From the IMG/VR virus record IMGVR_UViG_3300006118_000005, positions 1 to 34,947 of that record: a DNA stretch of 34,947 nt. One strand, given 5' to 3'. Position 1 is the stretch's first letter, and every line of letters begins with the position of its first letter. Below are positions 1 through 9,517 of the stretch, piece by piece. A program made the position numbers and the translations under genes. This stretch comes from a virus (lineage: Duplodnaviria > Caudoviricetes). The notes under the pieces were generated by a model. That model worked only from the letters and a program-made list of their open reading frames with translations, was not told the origin of the DNA and ran no database searches.

Positions 1-120
1 GTCCTGTAACCGCCTTTTGGCATTGTGCCGGGTGTCCATCTGTTTTGACCCATTTGGGTGTTGTCAGACGGCTTTTGAGGGCGAACTGCATGAGCGTACT
101 TTTGCCCCCAGTTCAAATTG
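1..120. repeat. Terminal direct repeat, copy 1 (circular assembly overlap)
   Basis: 1-120 is identical to 34828-34947, and an ORF reads through the junction. Confidence 0.97.
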
Positions 121-173
121 TCTCCACCTTGCGGTACGCTAGACTTCTTCTCTAGGTCTTTGTAATCTCTCAT
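1..173 (-). CDS. 5' part of an 82-aa hypothetical protein spanning the circular junction (continues 34827->34752)
   Basis: ATG at 173 with AAGGAG SD. It translates MRDYKDLEKKSSVPQGGDNLNWGQKYAH... in frame with ORF 34752..34943. Confidence 0.85.
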   Translation of the reverse strand, partial: MRDYKDLEKKSSVPQGGDNLNWGQKYAHAVRPQKPSDNTQMGQNRWTPGTMPKGGYR

Positions 174-363
174 CGTTTCTCTCCTTGTTTTGAATCACCA
201 AATAACTGAACACCACAAATATCAGGAGGGTTGCTACCCTGTCCCACTCTGGACCCCACATCGTCCAACAAGCCAGTGCGCACGACATTGAAAGTGCCAA
301 AATCGTGATGAGCCGGTCTGTGATGACCCCTAACGCTAGACGTACCAAGGCTACTGCATCCAT
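139..363 (-). CDS. Small two-TM membrane protein (holin-like?)
   Basis: 74 aa, two hydrophobic segments and a charged C-terminus. AAGGGGATATTT precedes the ATG. Confidence 0.7.
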   Translation of the reverse strand: MDAVALVRLALGVITDRLITILALSMSCALACWTMWGPEWDRVATLLIFVVFSYLVIQNKERNDERLQRPREEV

Positions 364-403
364 AAATATCCCCTTCTTTGTAAAAGATATTCATAGTTTA
401 ACC

Positions 404-613
404 TTATTCGTCCTCGTCGCCAAGACCAAAACCACTGCCCCACTCATCATCTTGCATCTTCATTTTGATGGCTTCTAGCTTCAAAGCACGGTCTATCACT
501 TTAGTCTTATCCGTAATTGTCGCTGTGGAATCAATCATGACTGCCGCCAACATGGTGTTAATGGCTTTCTCCAGCTCAGGGTTTATGCCCTTTTCTTTGA
601 CTTTTTTAATCAC
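404..613 (-). CDS. Hypothetical protein
   Basis: 69 aa. The GTG start overlaps the upstream TGA (GTGA coupling). Acidic tail. Confidence 0.7.
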   Translation of the reverse strand: MIKKVKEKGINPELEKAINTMLAAVMIDSTATITDKTKVIDRALKLEAIKMKMQDDEWGSGFGLGDEDE

Positions 614-750
614 CGCTTAGACTTTCTTTTGGATTTACGGGCTGAGGACAAAGCGGCGGCTACGGCTTGCTTTTGCCTGTAACCTTCTCTGACCATTTTC
701 TTGATGTTTTTGGATATTGTCTTTTGACTAGAGCCTTTTGCAAGTGGCAT
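610..750 (-). CDS. Small basic protein (46 aa, not in ORF track)
   Basis: [46 protein letters not shown]. It fills the gap between its neighbours and has a GGAG SD. Confidence 0.8.
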   Translation of the reverse strand: MPLAKGSSQKTISKNIKKMVREGYRQKQAVAAALSSARKSKRKSKR

Positions 751-751
751 A

Positions 752-2692
752 TCATTCTCCAAACTGTGATTTCAAACCAAAATAAGCGCCGGTACCAAGC
801 GCCCCAGCGCCGAGTAATTTACCGGTTCCCCAGATCAATTCACTTCTAGCTCTTGTAACGTCTTTTGCAGATTGCTCAACACGATTAGCCAAACTATTCA
901 TTTGCTCATAGACCTTTTGGTTTATGGTGTTTTGCGAGTAAAGTTTCTTAGCCAAGATTCTGCCTTGCGCGGCAACTTCAGCGTTGGTTTGAGCGCTGTT
1001 AATGTTTGATTGCAACGTCTCAAATTCTTTACTATTGATTTGCGCGGCTTTTTGTACGTCTCTTGCTTCTTTGCCAACCGTTTCAGCCGTACCGGCACGA
1101 CGAGTAGCTGTGCGAGTAGCCTGTGTAATCTGCTCCGCCATAGGCATAGAGTTGGTCAACTTGAGCATACTGTAATTGTCAAGAATAAACTTCTTGAGCG
1201 CGTCTGGGTTACCAGCGTATTTGCGCATTTCACCCGCAAAGTATTTCTGCGCTTGGTTTTCTGCAAAAGCACGATTGCCACCAAAGGCATCAATCAAGTT
1301 TTGGTACGCTTCTCTGTTTTGAAACACGCGACCGGGTATGCTCTCAGCCGGTACTTTGGCGTAATTCAAGCCTTCTTTAGCCGCTAATTGCTGGTCTATC
1401 AGTGCTTTCCCTACCTTAGACTGAAAAGCTCTCAAAGGCTCAGAATCAGCCTTGTATTGATTGAGGAACGTCTCAATGCCGGGAGAAAACTCTTTTTGAA
1501 TACCTTCAACCATCTTGGCAAGTTTTCCGGCTTGTTGCTGAGAAATGGCGTCAAAGCCTTCAGCGGGTAAGCCATAAGCTCTGTCGCCAAGGAAACGACG
1601 CAACTGCTCTAATCCTTCAAAGTTTCTAGGCACTTGTACAACTTCGCCACTGGCTTCATCCACCATGCGACCAGTCAGCGCTTTTTGCACTTCTTTTAGT
1701 TGAGAGATAATGGGTTGTACAGATGAGTTTTTAATTTCATTTTTGATGTAATCATCAACTTTTTTGTACGCCTGAGTATCTCTGTAACTTTCGCCTCTGG
1801 CTTCTCTTTCTTTAGCCGCGTTAAATGCCGCTGTCTTATTAGTCTCAGCGTTTTTGTTTCTAACGTTCTTTAACTGGTTGTAAACGTTGTCAGCGTAGGT
1901 TTTAATTCTGTCGCCAATGGTTTGTGATTCCTCAGGCACTGCTGTGAACTCACCCGCAATCTTTTGTGTTTTAGTACCGGGCGCCGCGGCATAAGCCTGT
2001 TCAGCACGACCAGCCTGTTGTGTTGCAGTCTTCTCAGCCGTTGTTGCTCTTTGCTCTGCTTGCGTCGCCAGTTGTTTAGCGGCTTGTGCTTCGCCTCCAG
2101 CTCGGTTAGATGCGTAGCTTCTCAGCGCATTAGCCAAGTCTCTAGCCTCTGTACCAAACGCCCTGTTAACAAGATTAGAGACGTAGTTGTAGCCTTTACT
2201 GCCGAGTTTTAATGCACCAGCTTCTAAACCGCCAACACTCAGCGCAGTAACAGCTTCACCGACTTCTTGTTTGAGAGGAGACGCGCCCCTTTGCTCAAGT
2301 TGTGAACGTACAAACTCCGCCGGTATAGCAGATGCCGCGGCACCCGCAGTAGCTTTAGCAAGTCCAGCACCCGTCTCAGGAATGACCGCTTCGGCGAGTT
2401 TTGCGGCGTATGGTGCAAATTTAGTCCCAGCAGACGCTGTTTTAAGCGCTCCAGCCGCAAGTCCTGTTGCCGGAACAGCAGAAGCATACATAGACGCTTT
2501 TTCCAAATAGCTAGGCTCTCCAGCTAATTCACCTTTGCGCGGAACAGTGCGCTCTCCGCCTGTTGGTATCAGTGCGGCGGTTTCAGAACCAACAATAGGA
2601 CCGGGAGACTTGGCTTTAGGCGCGGGCGCGTCTTCCCAACCACCAGTGTCTTTGGTTGTTGTTTTTGCCGGTGCGTCTTCCCAATCAGCCAT
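752..2692 (-). CDS. Putative internal virion / DNA ejection protein
   Basis: 646 aa, Ala-rich and helical, with duplicated N-terminal WEDAP motif. Last of a large-gene cluster after the tail genes. Confidence 0.65.
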   Translation of the reverse strand: MADWEDAPAKTTTKDTGGWEDAPAPKAKSPGPIVGSETAALIPTGGERTVPRKGELAGEPSYLEKASMYASAVPATGLAAGALKTASAGTKFAPYAAKLAEAVIPETGAGLAKATAGAAASAIPAEFVRSQLEQRGASPLKQEVGEAVTALSVGGLEAGALKLGSKGYNYVSNLVNRAFGTEARDLANALRSYASNRAGGEAQAAKQLATQAEQRATTAEKTATQQAGRAEQAYAAAPGTKTQKIAGEFTAVPEESQTIGDRIKTYADNVYNQLKNVRNKNAETNKTAAFNAAKEREARGESYRDTQAYKKVDDYIKNEIKNSSVQPIISQLKEVQKALTGRMVDEASGEVVQVPRNFEGLEQLRRFLGDRAYGLPAEGFDAISQQQAGKLAKMVEGIQKEFSPGIETFLNQYKADSEPLRAFQSKVGKALIDQQLAAKEGLNYAKVPAESIPGRVFQNREAYQNLIDAFGGNRAFAENQAQKYFAGEMRKYAGNPDALKKFILDNYSMLKLTNSMPMAEQITQATRTATRRAGTAETVGKEARDVQKAAQINSKEFETLQSNINSAQTNAEVAAQGRILAKKLYSQNTINQKVYEQMNSLANRVEQSAKDVTRARSELIWGTGKLLGAGALGTGAYFGLKSQFGE

Positions 2693-2693
2693 G

Positions 2694-4301
2694 TTATTGT
2701 CCTTTTATCTTTCTTTGCAATCTGCCGGTATCAGAATTGATTCTGTACTCATACTTTTCTGGCTCATAAGAACCAAAAGCCTGTGTAGCCTGAAACTGGA
2801 TGTTTTGAGCACCACCGCCGCCTTGTTGTGCGCCAATTAAGGACTGCATACCGCGAATAGCGTCTTGGTCTTCAGCTCTGGTCTTCATGTCATAAGCCAT
2901 TGCTGTCAAGTTTTGACGAGTAATGTTTGCGCCGTTCTCAGCCGCCCTAGAAGCAATTGTTCTAATTTGCTCATCCATCAAAGCAGAGAAGCCTTCAGGA
3001 TTGAACTGGTCTTGTTTTAACAAATCGTTGAAACGTTTTTGGAACTGAACAGTAAAGCCTTTTGCTCCACCAGCCAGTGAACGCTCATAGTTAACCAAGT
3101 ATTCTGCGTACTTTTTAGCAAAAATAAGCGCCGCTTGACCGGATGGGTCCTTGGCTAAATCTGCTCCAGCGTCAGCCGGTAAAGGTTTGTTATTGGAGAA
3201 AGAATCAACATAAGTGTTGAAGAAACGCTGAATTTGACCTTCACGACCAACCCACTCAGGATGCTCTGCCACTTGCTGTTTAAGCGCGTAGGCGTCTCCA
3301 ATAGCGTTACCAGCAACCATAACGTTGCCTTGATTTTTCTTATCAACATTAGAGCCGGTAAATCTTTGAATATAAGAGCCAATATCGCCCATGCCTGTTT
3401 GAGCCTTGATTTGAGCCAAGTCTCTTTGCTGTTGCATAGACTCTTGGTGACGACGCTCTGCCGCGGCTTCAGTTTGAGCATGAAGTTCTTTTTGTTGCAA
3501 CATGGTTTCTGTTTTTTGCAAGTCTCCTTTTAGACTTTCCATGTAGTTGTAAAACTTCTCTACACCCTGCTTTTGCAAGATTTGTTTGCCAACTTGACCG
3601 CCCAGTTTAGCCGCCGCTTGATTAGCATAGGCTTCAGCTTCTTCTCTGTTGTAGGCAAGCGTTTTCATTGCTCTATCAGCGTCTTTATAGGCATCATCCA
3701 AAACTTGTTTGACACGAGCCATGTTTTTGTCAAACTCATCTTTTTCTTTTGTCCAAAGGTCTTGTCTGCCTTTTTGCCAACCTTGCATCATTCCTGACAT
3801 AGCGTTGAGGGACGCTGTTGCGCCCATCTTGCCTTGACCACCCATGGCTACGCCAATAACGCCGATTAGACTAAATAGCGTTGCTAAGTCTTGTACGTTG
3901 TCTTTAGTCGGGTGAAATTCTGGATAAGGAAACTTTTGACGAGTGTCTTGAATACTTTGTTCAATACGCTGTGCAGACTCTCTGTTTTGACGCGCAATAT
4001 CAGCTTTAGCTTGAGCCAAAAACTGTTCTTGTTGTTGTTTGTTCTCGCCAATTTGTTGCTCTAGCCCTGTTTGTTGCTGAAGCAATCCAAGCTGTTGTTG
4101 ACGTACTTTAGCTTCTTGACCAGCTACGTCTCTTAATGTTTTGCCACCAAAATACTGTTCTACATTTTGAGGCATACCCGGAATACCGCCCATGTTTGTA
4201 CCTAGCGCATCTCCCAAAGGAGGCGCTGGAGGTGCAGTAGGCACTTCCGGCAACGTATAAGCCGGAGCTAATGGCGGTTGTGAATTGGTTCCTATGGTCA
4301 T
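2694..4301 (-). CDS. Putative internal virion / ejection protein
   Basis: 535 aa, Gln-rich coiled coil with one hydrophobic segment. Position in the cluster. Confidence 0.6.
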   Translation of the reverse strand: MTIGTNSQPPLAPAYTLPEVPTAPPAPPLGDALGTNMGGIPGMPQNVEQYFGGKTLRDVAGQEAKVRQQQLGLLQQQTGLEQQIGENKQQQEQFLAQAKADIARQNRESAQRIEQSIQDTRQKFPYPEFHPTKDNVQDLATLFSLIGVIGVAMGGQGKMGATASLNAMSGMMQGWQKGRQDLWTKEKDEFDKNMARVKQVLDDAYKDADRAMKTLAYNREEAEAYANQAAAKLGGQVGKQILQKQGVEKFYNYMESLKGDLQKTETMLQQKELHAQTEAAAERRHQESMQQQRDLAQIKAQTGMGDIGSYIQRFTGSNVDKKNQGNVMVAGNAIGDAYALKQQVAEHPEWVGREGQIQRFFNTYVDSFSNNKPLPADAGADLAKDPSGQAALIFAKKYAEYLVNYERSLAGGAKGFTVQFQKRFNDLLKQDQFNPEGFSALMDEQIRTIASRAAENGANITRQNLTAMAYDMKTRAEDQDAIRGMQSLIGAQQGGGGAQNIQFQATQAFGSYEPEKYEYRINSDTGRLQRKIKGQ

Positions 4302-5437
4302 ACTGTCCTCTGATATGGATTAGCATAAGTCGGCACACCCGCCGCAATTCCAGCAAGTTGTGTATAGAAGTTAGTACTTGCTTGGTTAAGCGCTTGGTCA
4401 AGTTGCATACCTTGTTGAATAGCGCCAAGAGCAATGTTGTCACCAATTTGAGAGACTTGCAGACCGTAGTTGTACTGATTGTTTAGCAGTGTTTGGCGCA
4501 AGTTCTCAAGCGTTGCAGATGCTTGAGCCGCGCCTACACCGCCTGTATTAGCCACTTGTTGTTGTAATTGAGCCTGAGCCGCTTGATAAGACTGCATAGA
4601 CTGAGGTGTGAGTTCACCAGCCGCCGCCGCGCGTTGCAAGTTTGCGCCTGTTGCTTGATAAGGTTGTGCAATAGCTTTTTGTTGCGCAATTCCAGCATCT
4701 GTGGATGCCGCCGCTTGTTTGTTTTTATAAGCGCCAAGAAGTCCTAATCCACCGGCTAAACCAAGTCTAGCAAGGGTTGAATTACTCATTCCAAACGTTG
4801 TTCCCTCTTGAGTTGGTGCCGCTGTTTGTGCTTGGGGCGCGTTCATGCCGGGCAATTTGGGTTGACCAGATGTATCGTCTTGACCAAAAGGCGTAACAAC
4901 TCCGGGCGTTGTAATGCTGTAATCAGGCGCTCCAGTTAAAGAATAACCACTTGGAAGCACTGGGGCGCTTGGAGCTACACCGCTAGGTCTAAGTCCAACA
5001 CCGCCGGTAACTGGACCAAGAGAATAATTTAAACCTGAATCACTGGTACCGCCTATAACGGGAGCCGCCGCCGCAGTTGAAGGAATATAGCTTGCGCCTC
5101 CACCGGGTGCATATTGCGTAGCTTGACCGGCTTCAGGTAATTTGCCTCCGGGATACAAGTCAGGATTAGCCGCGGCAACTTGTTCAGGAGCTTGCGCTTG
5201 TCCGGTAGAGACGTCAAACACTTCACCGCCGCCATCATCAAACTCTAGCAAGCCTGTATGTGGGTTAATCGTGCCTGAACCACCGCGACTTTTAAGGTAC
5301 TCAGCTTCTTTAGGCGTAATGTGGGCAAGCAACGTATCTCTACCCCGACCTTTGGATTTCAAAATCTGAGCAAGACCTTTAAGGTCTATGTCAGCCATGG
5401 TTTCTGTTCTAAGGAGTTTTGCTATTTGCTTTGCCAT
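4298..5437 (-). CDS. Putative internal virion / ejection protein
   Basis: 379 aa. Contains GRGRDTLLAHITPKEA...GGSGTINPHTGLLEF, a motif I recognise from aquatic podovirus internal proteins. Gln/Ala-rich C-terminus. Confidence 0.65.
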   Translation of the reverse strand: MAKQIAKLLRTETMADIDLKGLAQILKSKGRGRDTLLAHITPKEAEYLKSRGGSGTINPHTGLLEFDDGGGEVFDVSTGQAQAPEQVAAANPDLYPGGKLPEAGQATQYAPGGGASYIPSTAAAAPVIGGTSDSGLNYSLGPVTGGVGLRPSGVAPSAPVLPSGYSLTGAPDYSITTPGVVTPFGQDDTSGQPKLPGMNAPQAQTAAPTQEGTTFGMSNSTLARLGLAGGLGLLGAYKNKQAAASTDAGIAQQKAIAQPYQATGANLQRAAAAGELTPQSMQSYQAAQAQLQQQVANTGGVGAAQASATLENLRQTLLNNQYNYGLQVSQIGDNIALGAIQQGMQLDQALNQASTNFYTQLAGIAAGVPTYANPYQRTV

Positions 5438-6184
5438 TTAAGTCACCTGATTTGGGTTTTTGAGTGATTCTCTGTTCCAAACGGAACGACTCTTTCCAAG
5501 GTCGCTAGAACCAAAGATGGGTGCGCCAATATCTCCTACGTTCAGAGCTTGAGCTAATGCAGATGAGCCGGGTGTTGTTGCGGCTTGTGGTGTAGCGGTT
5601 GTTGAGGTTGCACTAGGCAACGGCGCCCCAGTAGAGCCTGTTCCTCCAGATGCACCACTTGTTTGGCTAGGCAATAAATACTTATCTAGCGCGGTTGTAA
5701 TACCGGCTTTCTCCAATCCTGAAATAAGTTTATCTGTGGTGGATGCCCCGGCTTCAGGAGAACCAACAAGGTAATCTACTGAACCCGCAATGACACCTTC
5801 TTCAAGAGCCGTAGAAGGCTTGGTGCCTGTTGCCAATGCGCCACCAGTTGTTGCTAAACCGCCTGTAACCGCTTTATTAGCCGCCGCACTGCCTGTTCCT
5901 GTAACGTCCACACCTTGCAAAGCGCCTGTAATTCCACCGCTGACAGCGCCTCCAATAGCGCCTTTTTCTGCGGCTTTTGTAACGTCTTGTTGGTTAACCG
6001 CCGCACTAGCCGCACTAATTCCAGAGCTAATCACTGCTTGACCAGCCGCATAAGCCGCCGTGGCACTTGCGCCTTCACCAAGTAAAGCTGTGCCTATTGC
6101 TGGGGCTAATTCAGGAGCCGCAACCGTTATAACAACAGCCGCTATGGGTGCCGCGTATTGTTCAACCTTTTTCCAAAAACTCAT
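5438..6184 (-). CDS. Ala/Gly/Thr-rich putative ejection (pilot) protein
   Basis: 248 aa with glycine-zipper-like hydrophobic helices. Confidence 0.55.
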   Translation of the reverse strand: MSFWKKVEQYAAPIAAVVITVAAPELAPAIGTALLGEGASATAAYAAGQAVISSGISAASAAVNQQDVTKAAEKGAIGGAVSGGITGALQGVDVTGTGSAAANKAVTGGLATTGGALATGTKPSTALEEGVIAGSVDYLVGSPEAGASTTDKLISGLEKAGITTALDKYLLPSQTSGASGGTGSTGAPLPSATSTTATPQAATTPGSSALAQALNVGDIGAPIFGSSDLGKSRSVWNRESLKNPNQVT

Positions 6185-6528
6185 TGTGCGCCTCCTAATT
6201 GACTCGCTACTTTACCTAACATAACAAAATAAGCCAACATTTGATAATCCACACCTTCTTTGATTTCGCCGGGTTCAGCTATCTTATTTGTCAAAAGAGC
6301 CTGTTTAAAGATGGGATACAGCGTCTTATCTTTGATAGTTGCAAAAGCAAATTGACCCAAATCCACCAACATTTGCGGATTTACCCCCTCCTCTTGCATC
6401 AATTCTAATACTTTTTTCTTAAACCCATCATAAATTTTTTGGGGGGAGGAAGACTCTCCAGCAATAGGCTCAATAGGCTTGAGCGCCTGAGGAGATGATT
6501 TTGGTAGTTGTTCAGGTGTCGTTGCCAT
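6181..6528 (-). CDS. Hypothetical protein
   Basis: 115 aa, coupled to its neighbours. Confidence 0.75.
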   Translation of the reverse strand: MATTPEQLPKSSPQALKPIEPIAGESSSPQKIYDGFKKKVLELMQEEGVNPQMLVDLGQFAFATIKDKTLYPIFKQALLTNKIAEPGEIKEGVDYQMLAYFVMLGKVASQLGGAQ

Positions 6529-6529
6529 G

Positions 6530-6871
6530 TTAAGTTAGTCCTAGTGATGCCGCAATTTCTTGGTGAATATATAAGTGTGATGCAATCCAGTCGTAAAAAT
6601 CACTCTCATTATTCCAGTCTGTATCAAGCAAATTAAAGGGGTTATTAAGCTCCAAAAGGCTTGCAAAAGCCTGATGTTCGGCTTGATGAGCAAGCAACCA
6701 GTCATCTAAGTTATCTACATTGGCATCCGTCAATGGAAACACGGGAACAGATATTCCCAAGTCCATAAAAGTCTCCTGAAAGACTTTGTGCTGAGTACCG
6801 TTTTCAAACAAAAACTCTCCTAACGACTCTTTGTCGCCATACTTCACAATGGAGAGCGTATCAAAATTCAT
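6530..6871 (-). CDS. Hypothetical protein
   Basis: 113 aa, acidic, with repeated His motifs (HQAEH, HLYIH). ATGA overlap. Confidence 0.75.
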   Translation of the reverse strand: MNFDTLSIVKYGDKESLGEFLFENGTQHKVFQETFMDLGISVPVFPLTDANVDNLDDWLLAHQAEHQAFASLLELNNPFNLLDTDWNNESDFYDWIASHLYIHQEIAASLGLT

Positions 6872-7101
6872 TTATCCGCCTTTTCGTCCAGCTTGTCAAA
6901 AATTCTTTCAAGCACAGCATCAATCTTGTCAAGACGAGAGTTGATGTCTGACTTTGTAGCGTAATTGGTTGGCAACTCTACTTCGATTTTTTGGATGTCA
7001 TCTTTGAGCTTCTTTACAGAATCCCAAATCTCTTTACACCACCATCCAATTCCGCAAAGAAAAGCTCCAGCAATAAAGTTAAATATTTCCTGAAAGTTCA
7101 T
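6868..7101 (-). CDS. Membrane-anchored coiled-coil protein
   Basis: 77 aa: N-terminal TM segment followed by a heptad-like region. Confidence 0.75.
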   Translation of the reverse strand: MNFQEIFNFIAGAFLCGIGWWCKEIWDSVKKLKDDIQKIEVELPTNYATKSDINSRLDKIDAVLERIFDKLDEKADK

Positions 7102-7103
7102 GT

Positions 7104-8327
7104 TTACACAGCATAGTAGGGTATCTTCACAATAGTTCCGTTAAGGTCATAATTGATATAACCTTGCGGAACCAATGGCAAGGCAGATGTTGAAAATGTT
7201 GCTGTGTTAGCCGTGGTGGCTGTATGATTTGTAGTAGTGACGTTGATACTACCACTGTTAATTGTGACGTTGCTAATGCTTATATTAGATAAAGTGTTTG
7301 ACCACTGGTTGAGCGTACCGCCGCCAGTTGAAATTAAAACTTGACTGTTGCTACCCGCAGAGCCAGTAATTGTCAGCGCCCCATTGCCGTTAACGCCAAA
7401 TGCGCCAGTTGTAATTGCGCTTGTGCCGTTGCCGACCAAGAAAGAGCCGGAAGACAAAGATACTGCGCCTGTACCGCCATTAGCAACGGGAAGTGTGCCA
7501 GTAACTTGGCTTGTCAAACTGACGTTAGATAAAGTACCGCCAAGCGTAATATTTCCTGAGCTGGTTATGTTGCCAGTCAGCGTAATTCCATTGACAGAGC
7601 CATTACCTTGAACCTGAGTAACTGCACCAGTTACGCCAGATATTGTTACATTTGTTAAAGTTAAATTGCCAACAGTAGATGTTGTGCCGCCTAAAGTTAA
7701 CGTAGCGTTACCTAAAGTAGTAGCGCTATTTGACAAATAACTATTGGGGAATGTTGCGCCTAATCCGTTAATCGTAATGGTGTTGTTACCATTTAACGTC
7801 ATTGCGTCTGTTGTTGCGTTATTGCCTACAAAGTGAACGGCATTATTGGTTATGGTACCAATAACCATATCCACATTTCCTGAATAAGCGTAAACAACAT
7901 TAGCGCCGTAAAACTTTCCTGCTCCAGAAAAAGTGCTGGATGTAATTCCAAAATCACCGTAGGCAGAGCCAGTATCGTTAACAACCGTAAAATCAGTAGA
8001 TGCTTGATTTGCGTTGCTGAGGTTTTGTACAACTATTTGTACATAGCTGTTAACGTTTGACGCATAAGAAGCAATAATTCCTGTATCGGAATAAGACAAG
8101 TTGCCATAAGAAAATACGCCAACATTTGAGCTTGCCGAAATACTTCCTGTGCCGACAAAAGAATTAGCCGTTGTGATGTTGTCAACAACAGAACCGCTAG
8201 ATATTGTTACGTTGTAAAGAGTTAAGTTTGATAAAGACGACGTAGTGCTTCCAGCAGTAATTGTTGTATTACCTAGTTTTATTGGGAAACCATTGCTTCC
8301 ACTGGCGCTACTTACTGTTTTTAACAT
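7104..8327 (-). CDS. Tail fibre / spike protein
   Basis: 407 aa, S/T/G/N-rich beta-type composition. Contains the GTLPVANGGTG fibre motif and a C-terminal KIPYY motif. Confidence 0.75.
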   Translation of the reverse strand: MLKTVSSASGSNGFPIKLGNTTITAGSTTSSLSNLTLYNVTISSGSVVDNITTANSFVGTGSISASSNVGVFSYGNLSYSDTGIIASYASNVNSYVQIVVQNLSNANQASTDFTVVNDTGSAYGDFGITSSTFSGAGKFYGANVVYAYSGNVDMVIGTITNNAVHFVGNNATTDAMTLNGNNTITINGLGATFPNSYLSNSATTLGNATLTLGGTTSTVGNLTLTNVTISGVTGAVTQVQGNGSVNGITLTGNITSSGNITLGGTLSNVSLTSQVTGTLPVANGGTGAVSLSSGSFLVGNGTSAITTGAFGVNGNGALTITGSAGSNSQVLISTGGGTLNQWSNTLSNISISNVTINSGSINVTTTNHTATTANTATFSTSALPLVPQGYINYDLNGTIVKIPYYAV

Positions 8328-8329
8328 TC

Positions 8330-8668
8330 TTAGTCTCCATCACCCGGAGTGATATAAAGTGTTGCTGTGCCTGTTGTGCAATTTGCTGAGAAATAAGCAT
8401 TAGGCGCAAACGTAATAATCTCATCTGTTCCCGGCAACAAAGGCAAACAGTTAGCCTGAGTTGATGAGGGAATAGTCGCCGCACCAGCACTTGCTAATGC
8501 CGAAGTAGGTCCGTAGCCAAGAATTACAACAACAGTACCGCTATTGATAATTCTGTACTGATTGCCGCCAAGCGTACTAGATGGCACTTGAACGGCGCTA
8601 GACGCAGTAGTTGTTGCAGATATAACTACTGTGTTGCCACAAGGAGAGAATGGTGCGGATACAGCCAT
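8330..8668 (-). CDS. Small beta-rich virion protein (paralogue of 34405..34752)
   Basis: 112 aa, ends YITPGDGD. Lies between the two fibre genes. Confidence 0.7.
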   Translation of the reverse strand: MAVSAPFSPCGNTVVISATTTASSAVQVPSSTLGGNQYRIINSGTVVVILGYGPTSALASAGAATIPSSTQANCLPLLPGTDEIITFAPNAYFSANCTTGTATLYITPGDGD

Positions 8669-9516
8669 TACACACCTACCTTTGCTTGTAATGCCGCTAC
8701 TTGAGATTGCAAGGTTGTTACTTGAGCAGAAAGTTCTTGTAAAGCCGCAGTTAATTCTGCAACAAATCCAGCACTCATTCCGCCTGTAACTCCATACCTT
8801 TGTTCTTGACCATCATTAGAGGCGTTTTCAACAACATATTCAGGATAAATGGTTAAAACATTTTGAGCAATAAAACCTGCTTTTACATGCTCATTTGAGC
8901 CAATTCTGTCAAAAGATGAAACTTGAAGTTGTATGACTCGCGAAAGAGCGCCTGTGACTGGAGTAATGTTTGTTTTTTCTCTTTCGTCAGATAATGATAA
9001 AAATTGGGCGTTAGTTGCGCCATTGCCAACAATACCTCCCATCGCTCCACCACCAACTGTATAAAACTGAATAAAACGTTGATTACTATTTGTTGTTGAC
9101 GAACCTTTAAAAATGACAAGAGCAGGAGCTGGGTCGCTTGAAGTTGTTTGATCTGTGTTATATATAGTAAATATACCTTGACCACCTGAGAGTGAAATTC
9201 CATTTATAGAACCCGCAACAGAATTATTTGGGTTAGACGCACCCCCTATAAAAAATTGACCGTTTGGTAATACGGAAATTACAGATGCGTTTGCAGTAGC
9301 TACGTTGCTACTATTTATGTAAACAACACCGTTAGCCGAACCACCATTAAGACTAATAGTTGCATTGGTAAGCGTTACGTTGCCAAGTGTTGTTACTGTG
9401 TTTCCAAGACCAACTGTTGTGTTACCAATGGTTACTGGCGTATTAAAGTTGGCGTCAAGATTAGACAGCGCAATGGTTGTTGTTGCATTAGCAAAGGTAT
9501 AAGGTACACCAGACAT
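8668..9516 (-). CDS. Tail fibre with C-terminal intramolecular chaperone (peptidase S74) domain
   Basis: LSDEREKTNI...GFIAQNV...YPEYV followed by a terminal coiled coil. Confidence 0.85.
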   Translation of the reverse strand: MSGVPYTFANATTTIALSNLDANFNTPVTIGNTTVGLGNTVTTLGNVTLTNATISLNGGSANGVVYINSSNVATANASVISVLPNGQFFIGGASNPNNSVAGSINGISLSGGQGIFTIYNTDQTTSSDPAPALVIFKGSSTTNSNQRFIQFYTVGGGAMGGIVGNGATNAQFLSLSDEREKTNITPVTGALSRVIQLQVSSFDRIGSNEHVKAGFIAQNVLTIYPEYVVENASNDGQEQRYGVTGGMSAGFVAELTAALQELSAQVTTLQSQVAALQAKVGV

Positions 9517-9517
9517 A

